In this document: piece by piece, positions 11,980 through 23,195 of the stretch
Position numbering within the stretch: the first letter of the stretch is position 1
Layout of the letters: every line of letters begins with the position of its first letter
Source of the DNA: a virus
Virus record (IMG/VR): IMGVR_UViG_3300045988_131726
Length of the DNA stretch: 64,000 nt
Strand: one strand, 5' to 3'
The notes under the pieces: generated by a model
The model's database searches: none
Seen by the model: only the letters and a program-made list of their open reading frames with translations
What the model was told of the DNA's origin: nothing
Program-made: the position numbers and the translations under genes

Positions 11980-13743
11980 TTATTTAAACTCAAATTGAAT
12001 TGCTTTATTTTCTCCAGTAGTTATAGCAGCGGTTTTTGTTCGACTAGGAATTGTTGAATCTCTAAGTTCTGATAAGAATTCTAAGTAGTTTATGTACTGC
12101 ATATAAGACTGCACATCACCTCTAGATTCTGCTTCTAATATATCATTATAAGTCTGATTATATACTGTATTATATTCCTCATCACTCATAGCTCTAACCT
12201 TTCTTAAAGCATTATAATAACCAATCTCACTTTGATCTATATCTTCAGGTCTTATAAAGAAAGTATCTTTACCATCACGTATACGAACTACACCAAAATT
12301 ATCAAGTGGTTCTATAGAGAAAGAATTAGAATCTTTATTATTAAGTTTAGTAATAAGATCTCCTGCATCTTTCCCAAACCACTTACTATCTTGAAGAGCA
12401 TTAGTACCTTCAAGAGCGTTTTCTAAAGATCCAAACACTTGTAAAGATCCCGTAGTTATAGCAGGTATTACTCTATTAATAAAGCCCTTCTTTAAGTCAG
12501 GATCATCATAAGTAGTATATCCATATTTCTTACCTAACTTATCAATCTCATTATCAATAGCCTTGAGCTGTGCTTCCTTAGTAGTATATTTAGCAGGATC
12601 AATGCCAAATTTCTTAAGAGTCTTATCCATAACTACAGGTGAGGATAGGTTAGAACCTTGATAAGAGCTTGCTGCTCCTGCTCCTACTGTAGGTGAATAA
12701 AGATTACCTATTCTATTAAAGAATCCTGAGCTAGAAGGATTGGCAATAGCTTCTCTCAAATCCTGAAGTTCTTTAATCTGAGGAACATCTATAGCAGCCC
12801 CATATTTATCTGCGAAATATAGTCCTGAAAGATTAGTATTCTTGCCTTTACCAGCAGCTCTCCTAGCTAAAGCACGTTCCTTAGCTTGTTCAAGAGCCAT
12901 ACGCATGCTGAAGTCATCAGAGATTCCATCAACTTTAGCAGCTCCTAAGGCTGTATTAAAAGCACTCGCTGCATATTCCCAAGCTCTTTGAGCCTCATTA
13001 GAACTAGCTCCATAATAGTCATATACTCCCGTAGAGGTAATAACCTTATTAGCAGCATCTCTAATAAGTTGGGCGAGGGGAGCAGCTTTAGCAAGGTCTA
13101 TACCCTGCTCTTTATTTAAAGCTAATGCAATATCTTTAGGGGTAGCGCCAGCTTGGGTCATAGCCCAATACTTATAAGGTAAGCCAGTCTTAGTAAGCTG
13201 AGGAAGATTCTGAGAAATGTACTTACTAATAGGAATCATTTCTTGGCGAGTTCTCTCATAAATCTCTTGACCACTAATGGGATGAAGCTCATGAGAAGTA
13301 GGATCTGCAATCCATCTATCAAGTCCTACTTGCATAGGATCTTTTATTATGAGAGAAGGATTTCTTAGTTGTGCTTCCTTAGCAGCTTTTGCCCACTGTT
13401 CTCTATCAACAGCAGCTTTATTTAAAGGCAGAATATTATTAGTAAAATCACTCTTACGTTGTAACAATCTACGTCTAATTCCAGGAGTTAACCCATTCTT
13501 GGAAAGATCATTTATATCAGCTTCTACAGAGGACTGAAACTGTTGATTGGCTTGAATAGCTGCATCATCAACTCCAGGTTGGAATCTTGTAGCAGCATCA
13601 GCAGCAAGAGCTTGATTTTGCATAAAGGCATCCTCCATCTTCTCATGCTCTTGAGTAAGATATTGAGGAGCAATCATCATTTCTTGTAGAGATGGAAGTT
13701 TGAAATCACCATACTCTAGACGGTCATACATTGAAATTGCCAT
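11980..13743 (-). CDS. Hypothetical virion protein (587 aa)
   Basis: Long ORF tightly packed (2-nt gap) between the giant gene and the 611-aa gene, on the same strand. No motif recognised. Confidence 0.55.
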   Translation of the reverse strand: MAISMYDRLEYGDFKLPSLQEMMIAPQYLTQEHEKMEDAFMQNQALAADAATRFQPGVDDAAIQANQQFQSSVEADINDLSKNGLTPGIRRRLLQRKSDFTNNILPLNKAAVDREQWAKAAKEAQLRNPSLIIKDPMQVGLDRWIADPTSHELHPISGQEIYERTRQEMIPISKYISQNLPQLTKTGLPYKYWAMTQAGATPKDIALALNKEQGIDLAKAAPLAQLIRDAANKVITSTGVYDYYGASSNEAQRAWEYAASAFNTALGAAKVDGISDDFSMRMALEQAKERALARRAAGKGKNTNLSGLYFADKYGAAIDVPQIKELQDLREAIANPSSSGFFNRIGNLYSPTVGAGAASSYQGSNLSSPVVMDKTLKKFGIDPAKYTTKEAQLKAIDNEIDKLGKKYGYTTYDDPDLKKGFINRVIPAITTGSLQVFGSLENALEGTNALQDSKWFGKDAGDLITKLNNKDSNSFSIEPLDNFGVVRIRDGKDTFFIRPEDIDQSEIGYYNALRKVRAMSDEEYNTVYNQTYNDILEAESRGDVQSYMQYINYLEFLSELRDSTIPSRTKTAAITTGENKAIQFEFK

Positions 13744-15579
13744 CTACTTACCTCCTTTCTTAATACTCTTCAGAAATTTCTTAACCTCAGGGTCGAAGAG
13801 GAATCCTCCCTTAGCTCCATAATTTGAGGGAGTGTCAAGAAAATCCCAGGTAGTTTTAGGATCTATAGTAGTTCTAGTAGGTGTAGGAGCATCAACACCT
13901 CCAGTAAATCTTCCTGTAGGAGTTCCGTAGAGGGGGAACATATTCTGGATAGTCTCCAAATTCTGAAGATACCTAGAAGTTTCTCCAATATTACCAGCTA
14001 CAGTATTGACACCTGTACGAATACCATTTCTACGAGCAGCTCTATTACGAGCGTTATAATCATATTCTCTAAACTCCTGCCCAAGATTAAACTGTTGCTG
14101 CTGTGCAGAAAGACCTGCAAGCTGTCTATCCTGGTCAGCATCAAACATTATAGACTCTTTCTTACGCTGACGATTAACTTCATCTGACTTAATATACATG
14201 TCTCCTAATGCATTGAGAGCATTATAATTATGAGCTACTAAAGCTGCCCTAGCTGAAGCAGGATTACCTGCGGAAGTATTAATAATATTTCTAGCTGTAG
14301 CATTAGCCTGAGCTCTATACTTATTAGCCAGATACTCTCTATCTATAGGTTCATAAGGAAGATGTCTTCGTGTCATAAAATCACTAAGATCCATTCTTCC
14401 TAAAGAGACTTGCTCAGGTTTACTTACAATATCTGAGACAAGATTACCTACATTTGCAAGAGCTGGAGCAAAAAGTCCTGCACTCTGCAACCACCCACCA
14501 TCATCATGCCACTTAGAAGCATTACGAGCAAAGTTTGCTTTCTTAACCATAGCAGAAGAATAGTTCTCTTTATTAGCTAAGACTTGACGAGCAAATTCTT
14601 GAACCCCCTTACCATGCTTCTTAGCAGCTGCAGTAAATGTACCACGCTTGGAAGGCTGAATATGTATACCACCACCTTCGGCATAGAGAAGGTCACTAAT
14701 TTCATTTAAATCAAATATTTCATTCATAGCTTCATCAGCTTTATCTATATACTTCTGAGCTTCTTGAGCCTGCTGTAAGCGACTTAACATAGCATCTCTA
14801 CCTCTTTTACTAATAGGATCGAAAGGTCTTTCTTTACTCTCCTTAGATAAGCTCTTTGAAGCATTTGCATAGGATCTTTTATCTACATTTCCTAAATCAT
14901 ATGCTTTACTAAATCCTTTGGGAATCTTTAATCTCTTAGAAAAGATATAATTATCCCATTTAGTTTCACCTTCTTCAACAAGGTTAGGAACATCATTAGA
15001 ATCAATACCCTGAGGAACTCCACCATTGATATTACGCTCATGTGAATCTCCTTCATTGAATTCATTAAAACCTGTAGGATAATCTCCACCATGAGTATTA
15101 ACCCATCCACCAAAGGCTACTATATTCGCTAGAGCGTCTTGCGTCTCCTTCTGAGTGAGATAAGAATTCTGAACAGATAAAGCTTCTTGTACTCTTTCAT
15201 TAGCTCTTCTTCTACGTCCATTACGATCTCCTGCACCAAAGAGCCCTCCTGCAAGACCTGCAACACCTCCTGCTAATGCTCCCCAAGGTCCGGCAGCAGC
15301 TCCTGCAGCTGCCCCAGAAAGAGCTCCAGAAACACCAGCAAGACCCATACTTTCCGTAGATTGAGGAACCCAGTCTGCAACCCAATTAGAAAGAGAACTC
15401 TTAGATATCTGATTCTGAACCTGGTTAACCTGGGCATCTGCTTGAGCTTCTATCTCCTCTCCTTCTTCAAAATTACTTAGGAGAGAAGTGGCTGCCCCGA
15501 GAACCCCCGAGGCAATGCCAACACCTTTTTGAAATTTATCCGCTTTACTAACGTTAGTTTCCTTAGTTTCTTTAGCCAT
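13744..15579 (-). CDS. Hypothetical virion protein with glycine/alanine-rich N-terminal region (611 aa)
   Basis: Long ORF that abuts both neighbouring genes. N-terminal GVGIASGVLGAATS...GALSGAAAGAAAGPWGALAGGVAGLAGGLFGAG low-complexity, membrane-like tract. Confidence 0.55.
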   Translation of the reverse strand: MAKETKETNVSKADKFQKGVGIASGVLGAATSLLSNFEEGEEIEAQADAQVNQVQNQISKSSLSNWVADWVPQSTESMGLAGVSGALSGAAAGAAAGPWGALAGGVAGLAGGLFGAGDRNGRRRRANERVQEALSVQNSYLTQKETQDALANIVAFGGWVNTHGGDYPTGFNEFNEGDSHERNINGGVPQGIDSNDVPNLVEEGETKWDNYIFSKRLKIPKGFSKAYDLGNVDKRSYANASKSLSKESKERPFDPISKRGRDAMLSRLQQAQEAQKYIDKADEAMNEIFDLNEISDLLYAEGGGIHIQPSKRGTFTAAAKKHGKGVQEFARQVLANKENYSSAMVKKANFARNASKWHDDGGWLQSAGLFAPALANVGNLVSDIVSKPEQVSLGRMDLSDFMTRRHLPYEPIDREYLANKYRAQANATARNIINTSAGNPASARAALVAHNYNALNALGDMYIKSDEVNRQRKKESIMFDADQDRQLAGLSAQQQQFNLGQEFREYDYNARNRAARRNGIRTGVNTVAGNIGETSRYLQNLETIQNMFPLYGTPTGRFTGGVDAPTPTRTTIDPKTTWDFLDTPSNYGAKGGFLFDPEVKKFLKSIKKGGK

Positions 15580-18500
15580 TATACTGTATAATTAACAATT
15601 AAATCGTGCAGGACAAGCTTATTATCTTCCTCCTCGGTAGGAATATAAGATAACTTCATCCTTATCCAAGGATTTCGAATTCTATTAAGTCTATAATTCT
15701 CAACTTCTTTAACATCTCTTGGTATATAAGCTCTCCACATTCTAAACTTCTTTTGAAGATTCTTATATTGCTTGAGTGCTACATCTCCTGTATCTTGGAA
15801 TTCATTTCTAACATGTATATGATCTAAGGTTCGATTAGGAATATACTTAGTGTAATCCCCATCTTCAATGCTAAATGCATCAGCCCTAAATTCAATATTG
15901 TTAAAAATTTTATCCCTAGACATTTCAGGATTTACTATATAATCTATGTAAGAACTTACCTTAGGTTTCCCATAGAATTGATTATATTGCCCAACGTTTT
16001 GTTCATAGATTTCAGTAGAGTTATTCTCTGAGAATATACTTAAGAATTTATTATCATGCCTAAACATGAAGGGAATATCTTTGTAATCAAAGAAGCTTGT
16101 AAAAGCTGCAAGTTTTTCAGAGAATACAAGACATTCATTTTTGTCGTGGATATAAACATCATCATGAATACTATCTTTACTTACCATCCAATTAGACATA
16201 CCATCTCGTAGATTAAGCTCATTAAGAGAGTATCCAAAATTATTTAAAGCCCACTTAGAAAATCCTGAGGAGTTTGTAACTTCCCGAATACTTTCTGCAG
16301 TAATAAGATTCAGCTTTTTCCTAATATGATCTATATAATAGATACCACTACGAGTAGCAGCTATTGACCATTTATTCTGAGCTCCAGATGTTGTAGTAAT
16401 ATATCTTACACCGTCAACTTTATTGCTATTTCCTAATTCAATAGGAAGCCCATCAGATACTGGAACTTGAACTCTAGTGTTAAATAATATATTGGAAATT
16501 GCTTTATCTTGGAATGCATATAGCTGATTATTATGCATAATAAGCTTTGTAAGCTTTCCATACTCACCTTCTAAGTTATAAGTTGAGGCAAAAGTTAAGT
16601 TAGCCCAATTATCTACTAAGCTATTGGGATACTTAGGTAATGTCCATGAGAATTGATTAGGAAATAATCCTGAATGCTCTAAAACCCTATAATCATTCTT
16701 ATTATAACTGAAAAAGTTATTATCTTGACTATATACAGGATTTAAAACATTCCAATTATCAAAATTCATAGCTCTGGTATCAGTAGTATATCTATTAACA
16801 TCCGCTCGACCATCAGGATTTACATAGGACTCACAAATGAAGGATACTATATCATTAACCCTCTCAATCTTTTCACTATTAGAAGCGGTTCTTAAACAGT
16901 CATATCTACCCACAAAAACATCTCCTTCTGTAGCTTCAACTACACATGTATTAGGCCCTTCCCCAATAGCTGGATTTGGAAGTATTACTGGTTTACCACA
17001 AGGAGTCCATATTTGTTGATATAGTCCACTATCTGTCCAATCTGCATATAAGAATGCATCTGATCTTACTAAATCTACTAATAAGAAATGCGGTAAGTTA
17101 CGATGCCAAATGATAGATTGTATTCCCACATTATCATACTCAGAAGCAAGAAGCTCTTCTTGTAAAGGATCAAATAAATCTTTTACATAGATACCTTCTG
17201 AACCTAGCCAAAATGGATCTGCAGCTGTAGGCTTCTCACTATTAATATAGTTCTTATTATCAACTAAAAGTATAACTATAGGATTGATATTACTATTATT
17301 GCTAACAGACCGTTGTGCCTCATCTATTTCCCACTCAGATGGAATATTAGCATTTCGTATTTTGAAAGATTTTACATTAATTGTAGACCAACTTCGAAGA
17401 GTTGTAAAATCTTCTTTGAATATTTTGATAGCTGAAGACTGTGTTGCCCTAATAGTAATCGAGGTACGTCCTAGTTTAGACTCTTTATCCGATTTCCAAA
17501 ACCCTAATCTATAGGTAATGTCTACGGTAATATCTATAGGCATAGGTATATTTGATTCTAAAGCTATTTTCCATACCGCTTGTCCATTTCCTTCACTTAT
17601 TGAGTCTGATACACTATATGTCTCATTTCTATAAATATCTGGACGTTGAGATTTTTTTGATGGCCACCAATATATGTTTAGGAAAATTATTTTTCCATCA
17701 GCATTTCCTAAAACTACTTGACTATCGTGATACTTAGCGTAAGCACTTAACTCTGGCATAACAGGAATAGAAGCAATCTCTCTATTGTATAATCCAGAGT
17801 CAGATGTGTACTTAAGTGTATCTCCTTTAGCAAGTGAGAATGTTAAGTGAGTATTAGCTTTATACTGAATAGGGATATTATAACCAGCATTCTCACTGCT
17901 TCTAAGTAATAATTCATCCATTCCAGGATTATAGGTTACACTATCTCCAGAGTAAGACGTTTGGTAATAGCTTATTGAATTGATAGCATCTCCTTTTATA
18001 AACAATGAAGGCTGATTTATATCATAATATAAAGCGCTTAATTCTTTAAACATTAAAGTATTTAGACAATACTTTTTATAAGAATATTGAGAATCCTTAT
18101 CTTTTTGGTTACTTGAAAGAGCATCAGCTTTATATCCTAAAGTTTCCCACATATGGACATAATTCTTACCTGCGTCTGCCATCTTCCAGTTGCCTAGTTT
18201 ATTAAGATATAGCCTATGAACACTAGGAGATAAATTAGCAATTTGGGGATTAGTTAAATATTTAACTTTAGAAGTATCTTCATAGTTCGCTTTCACAATT
18301 CCCTTACCATCTAGAGAATCAAGATCTTGAAAGGGATAATAATTACTAGAGTCTGAATATCCTAGAAGTCCTAAGACTGTCCCATCTTCCTTAGTCTTAT
18401 AATTACTATTAGTAGTACTAACTACACAAGTCATTCCTCTTAATTGAAATCCCTCTACAGTATTTTCAAAGTAGTTTTTATCAACCTCTTGATACTCTAC

Positions 18501-21500
18501 ATCAGGGCTCCAGAAATCTACAATGTTCTCATCAAAAGCTATAAAATCGTTCTTAGCGTTATCAGCAGTAAGTAGATTTACTGTTAGCTTCGGATGAGAT
18601 AGATACTGAATGTCTGGATTATAATTAAAAGCGTCTTTCGCTGTAAGGCTTTCAGTATTAAAATAGCTTTTGTCTGTAAGTCTCTCTGTAGCATCTGTTT
18701 CAGCATTTGCTCCTCCTACTTCATGGAAAGTAGTCATTAAATGCCCGTAATTAGGACGTGTATTCCAAGTACAATCCCGAGCTGGATCTGTACCAATATC
18801 CTTATAATCTGTATAAAACCTATGCACATACGGATAAAAATATGGAGAGGCTAGTAGTCTTAGAGCAGATGATTGGGTTGTAGAGTCACCTAACATTAGC
18901 TTCATCTCTCCCTGTCGAACACTCCAGTTTGCAAAGAATTTACTATTCTCGTTCCATACTCGATATACCTCTTTAGGTCTCGACAAATAATCTGTATAAG
19001 CCCAACATGAATTAGTTGATCTTCTAGATGGTATAAATATAGTATTAGTTACAATGCCTTGAGCAGGATATTTACGGTTAACTTTTGTAGGTTTAACGTA
19101 TAATAATCTTACTCGACGGAAGCCTTTATCATAAAGGGTTTTGCATATATCTTTACTTAGAGTAATAGATAATTTATTTAAATATAACGTTGTAAACTTT
19201 CCTTCAAAATTATTACCCTCTATATTTGTTGAATCTCTCAGAATTGAAGGAAGACTTATACTATTGCCACTATATTTTAATGCAAAAGATTGAGTTTGAG
19301 GTCTATTAAGACTTCCTGCCCACATTGAGAAAAAGTCTTTATTATTAACCCTATAATTAGATTTAAATAAGATAAACTTAGAGATATCTTTTAGTGGTAA
19401 AGTCCATTCCTGATTTCCAAAACCTAAGGGTTGTATGCTAGATACATCGGGATAATACTCTTTATTATAGATTATTGTCCAAGGATTGCATTTAATATTA
19501 GTTCCTTCAACATTAACTAACTGACTATAAAGATTAGTCGAAGAAGTAATTGCAAAATCTCCTTGATAACAGCTAGTTGGAAAATACCAGAAGGAACCTT
19601 TAAGTGGAGGAGCTGTTAATTCAAATGTAGCACTTGTGTTAGTAGGCCTAAGATTAGAACAGCTGCCTACAACATCTGAACTATGTGTGGTAACAACATC
19701 AGTTAGAGTATATTGAGGAGTAATCTCTTGAGGTAATACAGCATCAAGAAGATACGACTTAGTACATGTATTATCATATACATATAGCTTAATATCATCT
19801 TTCTCTTCTAAAGAGCCCTCCGATTCATAAATTTCCTTCCCATTTTCAAGATTACGAATAGGTATTGGATCTCCCCAGTGACCATTAGAATATTGTCCTT
19901 GTAAAGCAAACCTATAAGGCTGTCCTTTTTTAAATTGAGTACAAGCCGTTCCATTCTGTAAAATATAAGGAGTATATGTATACACACCTGTATCTTGAGA
20001 ATCTTCAATCTTAACGTAATCTCTATAACCCCATTTGTAAACGCCATGCGAACCTTCAAGAATTATAGTTTCAGAAGGATAAGGATCAAATTGATCTAGA
20101 TAATAAATATGATCAGAATCACTATAATACTTACCATCTAGGTTTTTCTCATTAGTAATTTCTATATTACTAACTAAATTACCAGCTGGTTGAATAACAT
20201 ATCCCTCACCATCTCCTTCTGAAATTGTAAGTTCTGAAGGAACTATAGTATTAGACCAGGATATACGTAAATTTATAGTAGAAGATACTCCATTAGTAAG
20301 ATATTGCCGGGATTGTACAATAACTACTGGTTTTACTTGATTATCAATTACTTTAGTATTATACACAAACCCTAAAGCAACTACTGTAGTACCATAATCA
20401 CTATAGATGTTAATAGACTCTATATTATCCTCTGTATCAAAAGCATTTTGAGAAATGGTATATCCTCCAACAAACAAAGTAGAATCTTTAGCAGCCATTG
20501 TTGAAACAACTGCCTGACTATTATCTTTATATAATAAAGCTGCTGGATCCTCGTTAGTACCCACAACTCCTGTATCAGTTACTTCTACGTAATAAGATTT
20601 TTCTTTCCAAATATAATCAAATATTTCTTGTAACGTGAATACTCCATTACCTATAGCACTTATATTTACATTAAATGCGTTATTAACAGCTTCTGCAAAA
20701 GAATCATAATCCGGATCTAATTTTGGCAATTGTTCAGACCACGTAGCATTTGAGTATATTTCTAATTTTAGATTCTTAATAAAACTCTTATATTGATCGT
20801 ACAATGACCAGTACTCTATATAGTTATCTTTAGGTTGAAGAATCTTATATTCTCCAAGAATTTTTACTGTAGGAGTAGTATCTAAAGAAGTTCTATGAAT
20901 TGAATATACTCTTACATATTTATATCTAGGATCGAGTCCTGAAAGTTTTATGCTAAAGCTGTTATAACAAGTTTCATCTTGTTTAGCAGCCCGCTTATTA
21001 TAAGAAATGTAGTAGAGACTGCTAGTATCTACAATATTACTTTCAACTCCGTGCCAATCAGTAATGTAAGTAAAAGCATATTGAATTACACCAGGTGCAA
21101 ATTTACCTCCAGTAGCATTCTTAGTGACATCTATAAAACTATAGGGATCTACACTAGGAGAGAAGTCATAGTATGATACCTCACCCCATTTATCAGGCTC
21201 AGGATCATTAATAAAGTTAATAACTCTAGGTTGATTATAAGAATCTGTCCAATAAACTTTCTGTACACCTTCTGACTCATAAACAGGAAGAGTATCTATA
21301 AGATGTTCTAGGCTGAAGTTAAGATTACCCTTAAACATAACAGTTACATCTTGTAAATCTTTAATCCTATAGATACGGTCATCTTTTTCTCCTACGTGCG
21401 TAAAAAGAATGATGTATTTATTTAGAGTAGCATATCCTATACAAGTTCCTTCGAATCCATCAAAAGTAGGATCTTCAGGAGCTGGAACTGAGTCACTATA

Positions 21501-21929
21501 ATAGATAAATTTATCATCTTCTCTAGGAGAAATATCTGTAATATCTACATATTCTCCTCCTCCTTCAACTGCATCCACCTCACTTCTACCTGCATGTAAT
21601 GTAGTCTTAGTAGTAACCAAATTAGGAGTGTTGGGATTAGGCTGCCATTGACTAGTGATAGCAACATCTGTATATACAGGAGAATTACTTCGGAATACCC
21701 ATTTATATTCATCCTTCAAATATTCAGCTGTAATCTTATTAGTAGATTTAGCCTTCTTAAACTGCAGAACTTTATTACCACGCTCATTAGTTATGGATAA
21801 TAGAGAGCTATCCTCACGAGCAGTGATTCTAATATTACGATTCTCATAGGAGAACTCAGGGTTAAACTTCGAGATGCTAAGATCTTGCTGCATGCCTCGC
21901 ACTACAAGCTGTGTTCTTTTAATCTCCAT
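15579..21929 (-). CDS. Very large tail structural protein (2116 aa; muzzle/tail-body-like by position)
   Basis: Uninterrupted 6.3-kb ORF downstream of the IHF-like and 249-aa genes, as in characterised crAss-like phages. The assignment rests on synteny and size only. Confidence 0.6.
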   Translation of the reverse strand: MEIKRTQLVVRGMQQDLSISKFNPEFSYENRNIRITAREDSSLLSITNERGNKVLQFKKAKSTNKITAEYLKDEYKWVFRSNSPVYTDVAITSQWQPNPNTPNLVTTKTTLHAGRSEVDAVEGGGEYVDITDISPREDDKFIYYSDSVPAPEDPTFDGFEGTCIGYATLNKYIILFTHVGEKDDRIYRIKDLQDVTVMFKGNLNFSLEHLIDTLPVYESEGVQKVYWTDSYNQPRVINFINDPEPDKWGEVSYYDFSPSVDPYSFIDVTKNATGGKFAPGVIQYAFTYITDWHGVESNIVDTSSLYYISYNKRAAKQDETCYNSFSIKLSGLDPRYKYVRVYSIHRTSLDTTPTVKILGEYKILQPKDNYIEYWSLYDQYKSFIKNLKLEIYSNATWSEQLPKLDPDYDSFAEAVNNAFNVNISAIGNGVFTLQEIFDYIWKEKSYYVEVTDTGVVGTNEDPAALLYKDNSQAVVSTMAAKDSTLFVGGYTISQNAFDTEDNIESINIYSDYGTTVVALGFVYNTKVIDNQVKPVVIVQSRQYLTNGVSSTINLRISWSNTIVPSELTISEGDGEGYVIQPAGNLVSNIEITNEKNLDGKYYSDSDHIYYLDQFDPYPSETIILEGSHGVYKWGYRDYVKIEDSQDTGVYTYTPYILQNGTACTQFKKGQPYRFALQGQYSNGHWGDPIPIRNLENGKEIYESEGSLEEKDDIKLYVYDNTCTKSYLLDAVLPQEITPQYTLTDVVTTHSSDVVGSCSNLRPTNTSATFELTAPPLKGSFWYFPTSCYQGDFAITSSTNLYSQLVNVEGTNIKCNPWTIIYNKEYYPDVSSIQPLGFGNQEWTLPLKDISKFILFKSNYRVNNKDFFSMWAGSLNRPQTQSFALKYSGNSISLPSILRDSTNIEGNNFEGKFTTLYLNKLSITLSKDICKTLYDKGFRRVRLLYVKPTKVNRKYPAQGIVTNTIFIPSRRSTNSCWAYTDYLSRPKEVYRVWNENSKFFANWSVRQGEMKLMLGDSTTQSSALRLLASPYFYPYVHRFYTDYKDIGTDPARDCTWNTRPNYGHLMTTFHEVGGANAETDATERLTDKSYFNTESLTAKDAFNYNPDIQYLSHPKLTVNLLTADNAKNDFIAFDENIVDFWSPDVEYQEVDKNYFENTVEGFQLRGMTCVVSTTNSNYKTKEDGTVLGLLGYSDSSNYYPFQDLDSLDGKGIVKANYEDTSKVKYLTNPQIANLSPSVHRLYLNKLGNWKMADAGKNYVHMWETLGYKADALSSNQKDKDSQYSYKKYCLNTLMFKELSALYYDINQPSLFIKGDAINSISYYQTSYSGDSVTYNPGMDELLLRSSENAGYNIPIQYKANTHLTFSLAKGDTLKYTSDSGLYNREIASIPVMPELSAYAKYHDSQVVLGNADGKIIFLNIYWWPSKKSQRPDIYRNETYSVSDSISEGNGQAVWKIALESNIPMPIDITVDITYRLGFWKSDKESKLGRTSITIRATQSSAIKIFKEDFTTLRSWSTINVKSFKIRNANIPSEWEIDEAQRSVSNNSNINPIVILLVDNKNYINSEKPTAADPFWLGSEGIYVKDLFDPLQEELLASEYDNVGIQSIIWHRNLPHFLLVDLVRSDAFLYADWTDSGLYQQIWTPCGKPVILPNPAIGEGPNTCVVEATEGDVFVGRYDCLRTASNSEKIERVNDIVSFICESYVNPDGRADVNRYTTDTRAMNFDNWNVLNPVYSQDNNFFSYNKNDYRVLEHSGLFPNQFSWTLPKYPNSLVDNWANLTFASTYNLEGEYGKLTKLIMHNNQLYAFQDKAISNILFNTRVQVPVSDGLPIELGNSNKVDGVRYITTTSGAQNKWSIAATRSGIYYIDHIRKKLNLITAESIREVTNSSGFSKWALNNFGYSLNELNLRDGMSNWMVSKDSIHDDVYIHDKNECLVFSEKLAAFTSFFDYKDIPFMFRHDNKFLSIFSENNSTEIYEQNVGQYNQFYGKPKVSSYIDYIVNPEMSRDKIFNNIEFRADAFSIEDGDYTKYIPNRTLDHIHVRNEFQDTGDVALKQYKNLQKKFRMWRAYIPRDVKEVENYRLNRIRNPWIRMKLSYIPTEEEDNKLVLHDLIVNYTV

Positions 21930-21931
21930 AA

Positions 21932-22681
21932 TTAATGACGTATTAATCTCTCTTTGGCCCCGTCATTCCTAAATCGGTTGTTAAACTCTGTATCTCGTAC
22001 AATAAGAGTTCTAAAGGAGTTAAAGAGTGCTTCAGCTTTAGATAGATTAAGCTTACGAGAGTCAGTCTCCCATTGACCTACTGCCCACCAGTAGTCTTGC
22101 TCAATCTTGCTGAATTTATTACCATCCAACTTATCGTTCAAATAAAGTATTCGGGCATGTTCCTTTTCAATAAATAATCGTAAGGCTCGCTGGAATACGG
22201 GATTATCAGGAATCATTGGATACCCATCTTCATCTACAGGAATAGCCTTGTAAGACATCTCAATCTTACCTTTCTCCTTAGATAAATATATGTAACTATT
22301 ATTAATAGTAAAAGTATAACCTACAGACCTAGGTAACTTATCATTAATGCAATAGTTACCAGTAGTTTTTGTATCACCATAAAGATTGTGAAAGGTATCT
22401 GTAGCCCATCGTGCTACACGATTATCAATCATTAATTGATTACATTCTACATAATCTTCAGGCAAAGGAGCCCTATAATCTGTATATTCTATAGAGTAAT
22501 ACTTATCTATAAAATCTGCAGGAACTCCTACAATCTGCAAGAAATCTACAGTATAATCTAGGATAGCTTCAAAGGCTATACCATTCATTAGTGGATTTCT
22601 ATGTAGCTGGTCTGCAACAACCTTTAGACTAACGTATCTTTCTGCTGCCATCGGGTCTATATTTATATTCAAATGCATCAA
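21932..22681 (-). CDS. Hypothetical tail/neck structural protein (249 aa)
   Basis: ORF in the structural block, 2 nt upstream of the 2116-aa gene. No motif recognised. Confidence 0.5.
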   Translation of the reverse strand: MMHLNINIDPMAAERYVSLKVVADQLHRNPLMNGIAFEAILDYTVDFLQIVGVPADFIDKYYSIEYTDYRAPLPEDYVECNQLMIDNRVARWATDTFHNLYGDTKTTGNYCINDKLPRSVGYTFTINNSYIYLSKEKGKIEMSYKAIPVDEDGYPMIPDNPVFQRALRLFIEKEHARILYLNDKLDGNKFSKIEQDYWWAVGQWETDSRKLNLSKAEALFNSFRTLIVRDTEFNNRFRNDGAKERLIRH

Positions 22682-23195
22682 GCTTCCCTTCTTTGGCTGC
22701 CTGATGTACCTTTATTCTAAGAGCCCTATTAGGCTGAAACATATAATAAGATTTTTTCTTAAAACAAGCTTTAGACTTATTGTACTCAATCTTGTAATTA
22801 TCATGTTTCTCAACCTTAATAGTAATCTTATTTTTATAGGCTTCGGGATTCTCATACCAGAACCTTAATGTCTTGCCCCAATCAATAGGAGCTTTATAAA
22901 CAAATTCTCCATCCTTATTAATATAAGGTTCAATATGATATTTACGAATCTCTAAAATGCCCATACGAGCCGGAAATTTCACTTCTTCTCCTCGAACAAG
23001 AGCTTCGGCCAGCATATCATTTATAGTGCGTATAATCGCATAAAATTGGCCTTCTTGTAGTACATACTTAGACTTCTTAGGTCTATGATGACGATACCAC
23101 TTATATGCTCCTTTAATACTGAAAGAATTCGTAATCTTGAAAGTTCGAGAACTACTTACTTTCTTTACTTGCTTCAAAAATTCACTGTACTCCAT
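22629..23195 (-). CDS. IHF/HU-like DNA-binding protein
   Basis: The segment INDMLAEALVRGEEVKFPARMGILEIRKY resembles the HU/IHF helix-plus-beta-arm signature. IHF-like genes sit at this position in crAss-like genomes. Confidence 0.45.
   Translation of the reverse strand: MEYSEFLKQVKKVSSSRTFKITNSFSIKGAYKWYRHHRPKKSKYVLQEGQFYAIIRTINDMLAEALVRGEEVKFPARMGILEIRKYHIEPYINKDGEFVYKAPIDWGKTLRFWYENPEAYKNKITIKVEKHDNYKIEYNKSKACFKKKSYYMFQPNRALRIKVHQAAKEGKLDAFEYKYRPDGSRKIR

Noticed and set aside
7146-21849. Plus-strand ORFs of 60-97 aa nested antisense inside the giant minus-strand genes (for example 7146-7373, 9206-9478, 11277-11570, 17284-17514, 21655-21849), and same-strand alternative-frame ORFs (14928-15113, 19808-20059).
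   Set aside because: They lie wholly inside long, uninterrupted, compositionally coherent ORFs. They have low-complexity translations and no start context. They are typical shadow ORFs of AT-rich sequence.
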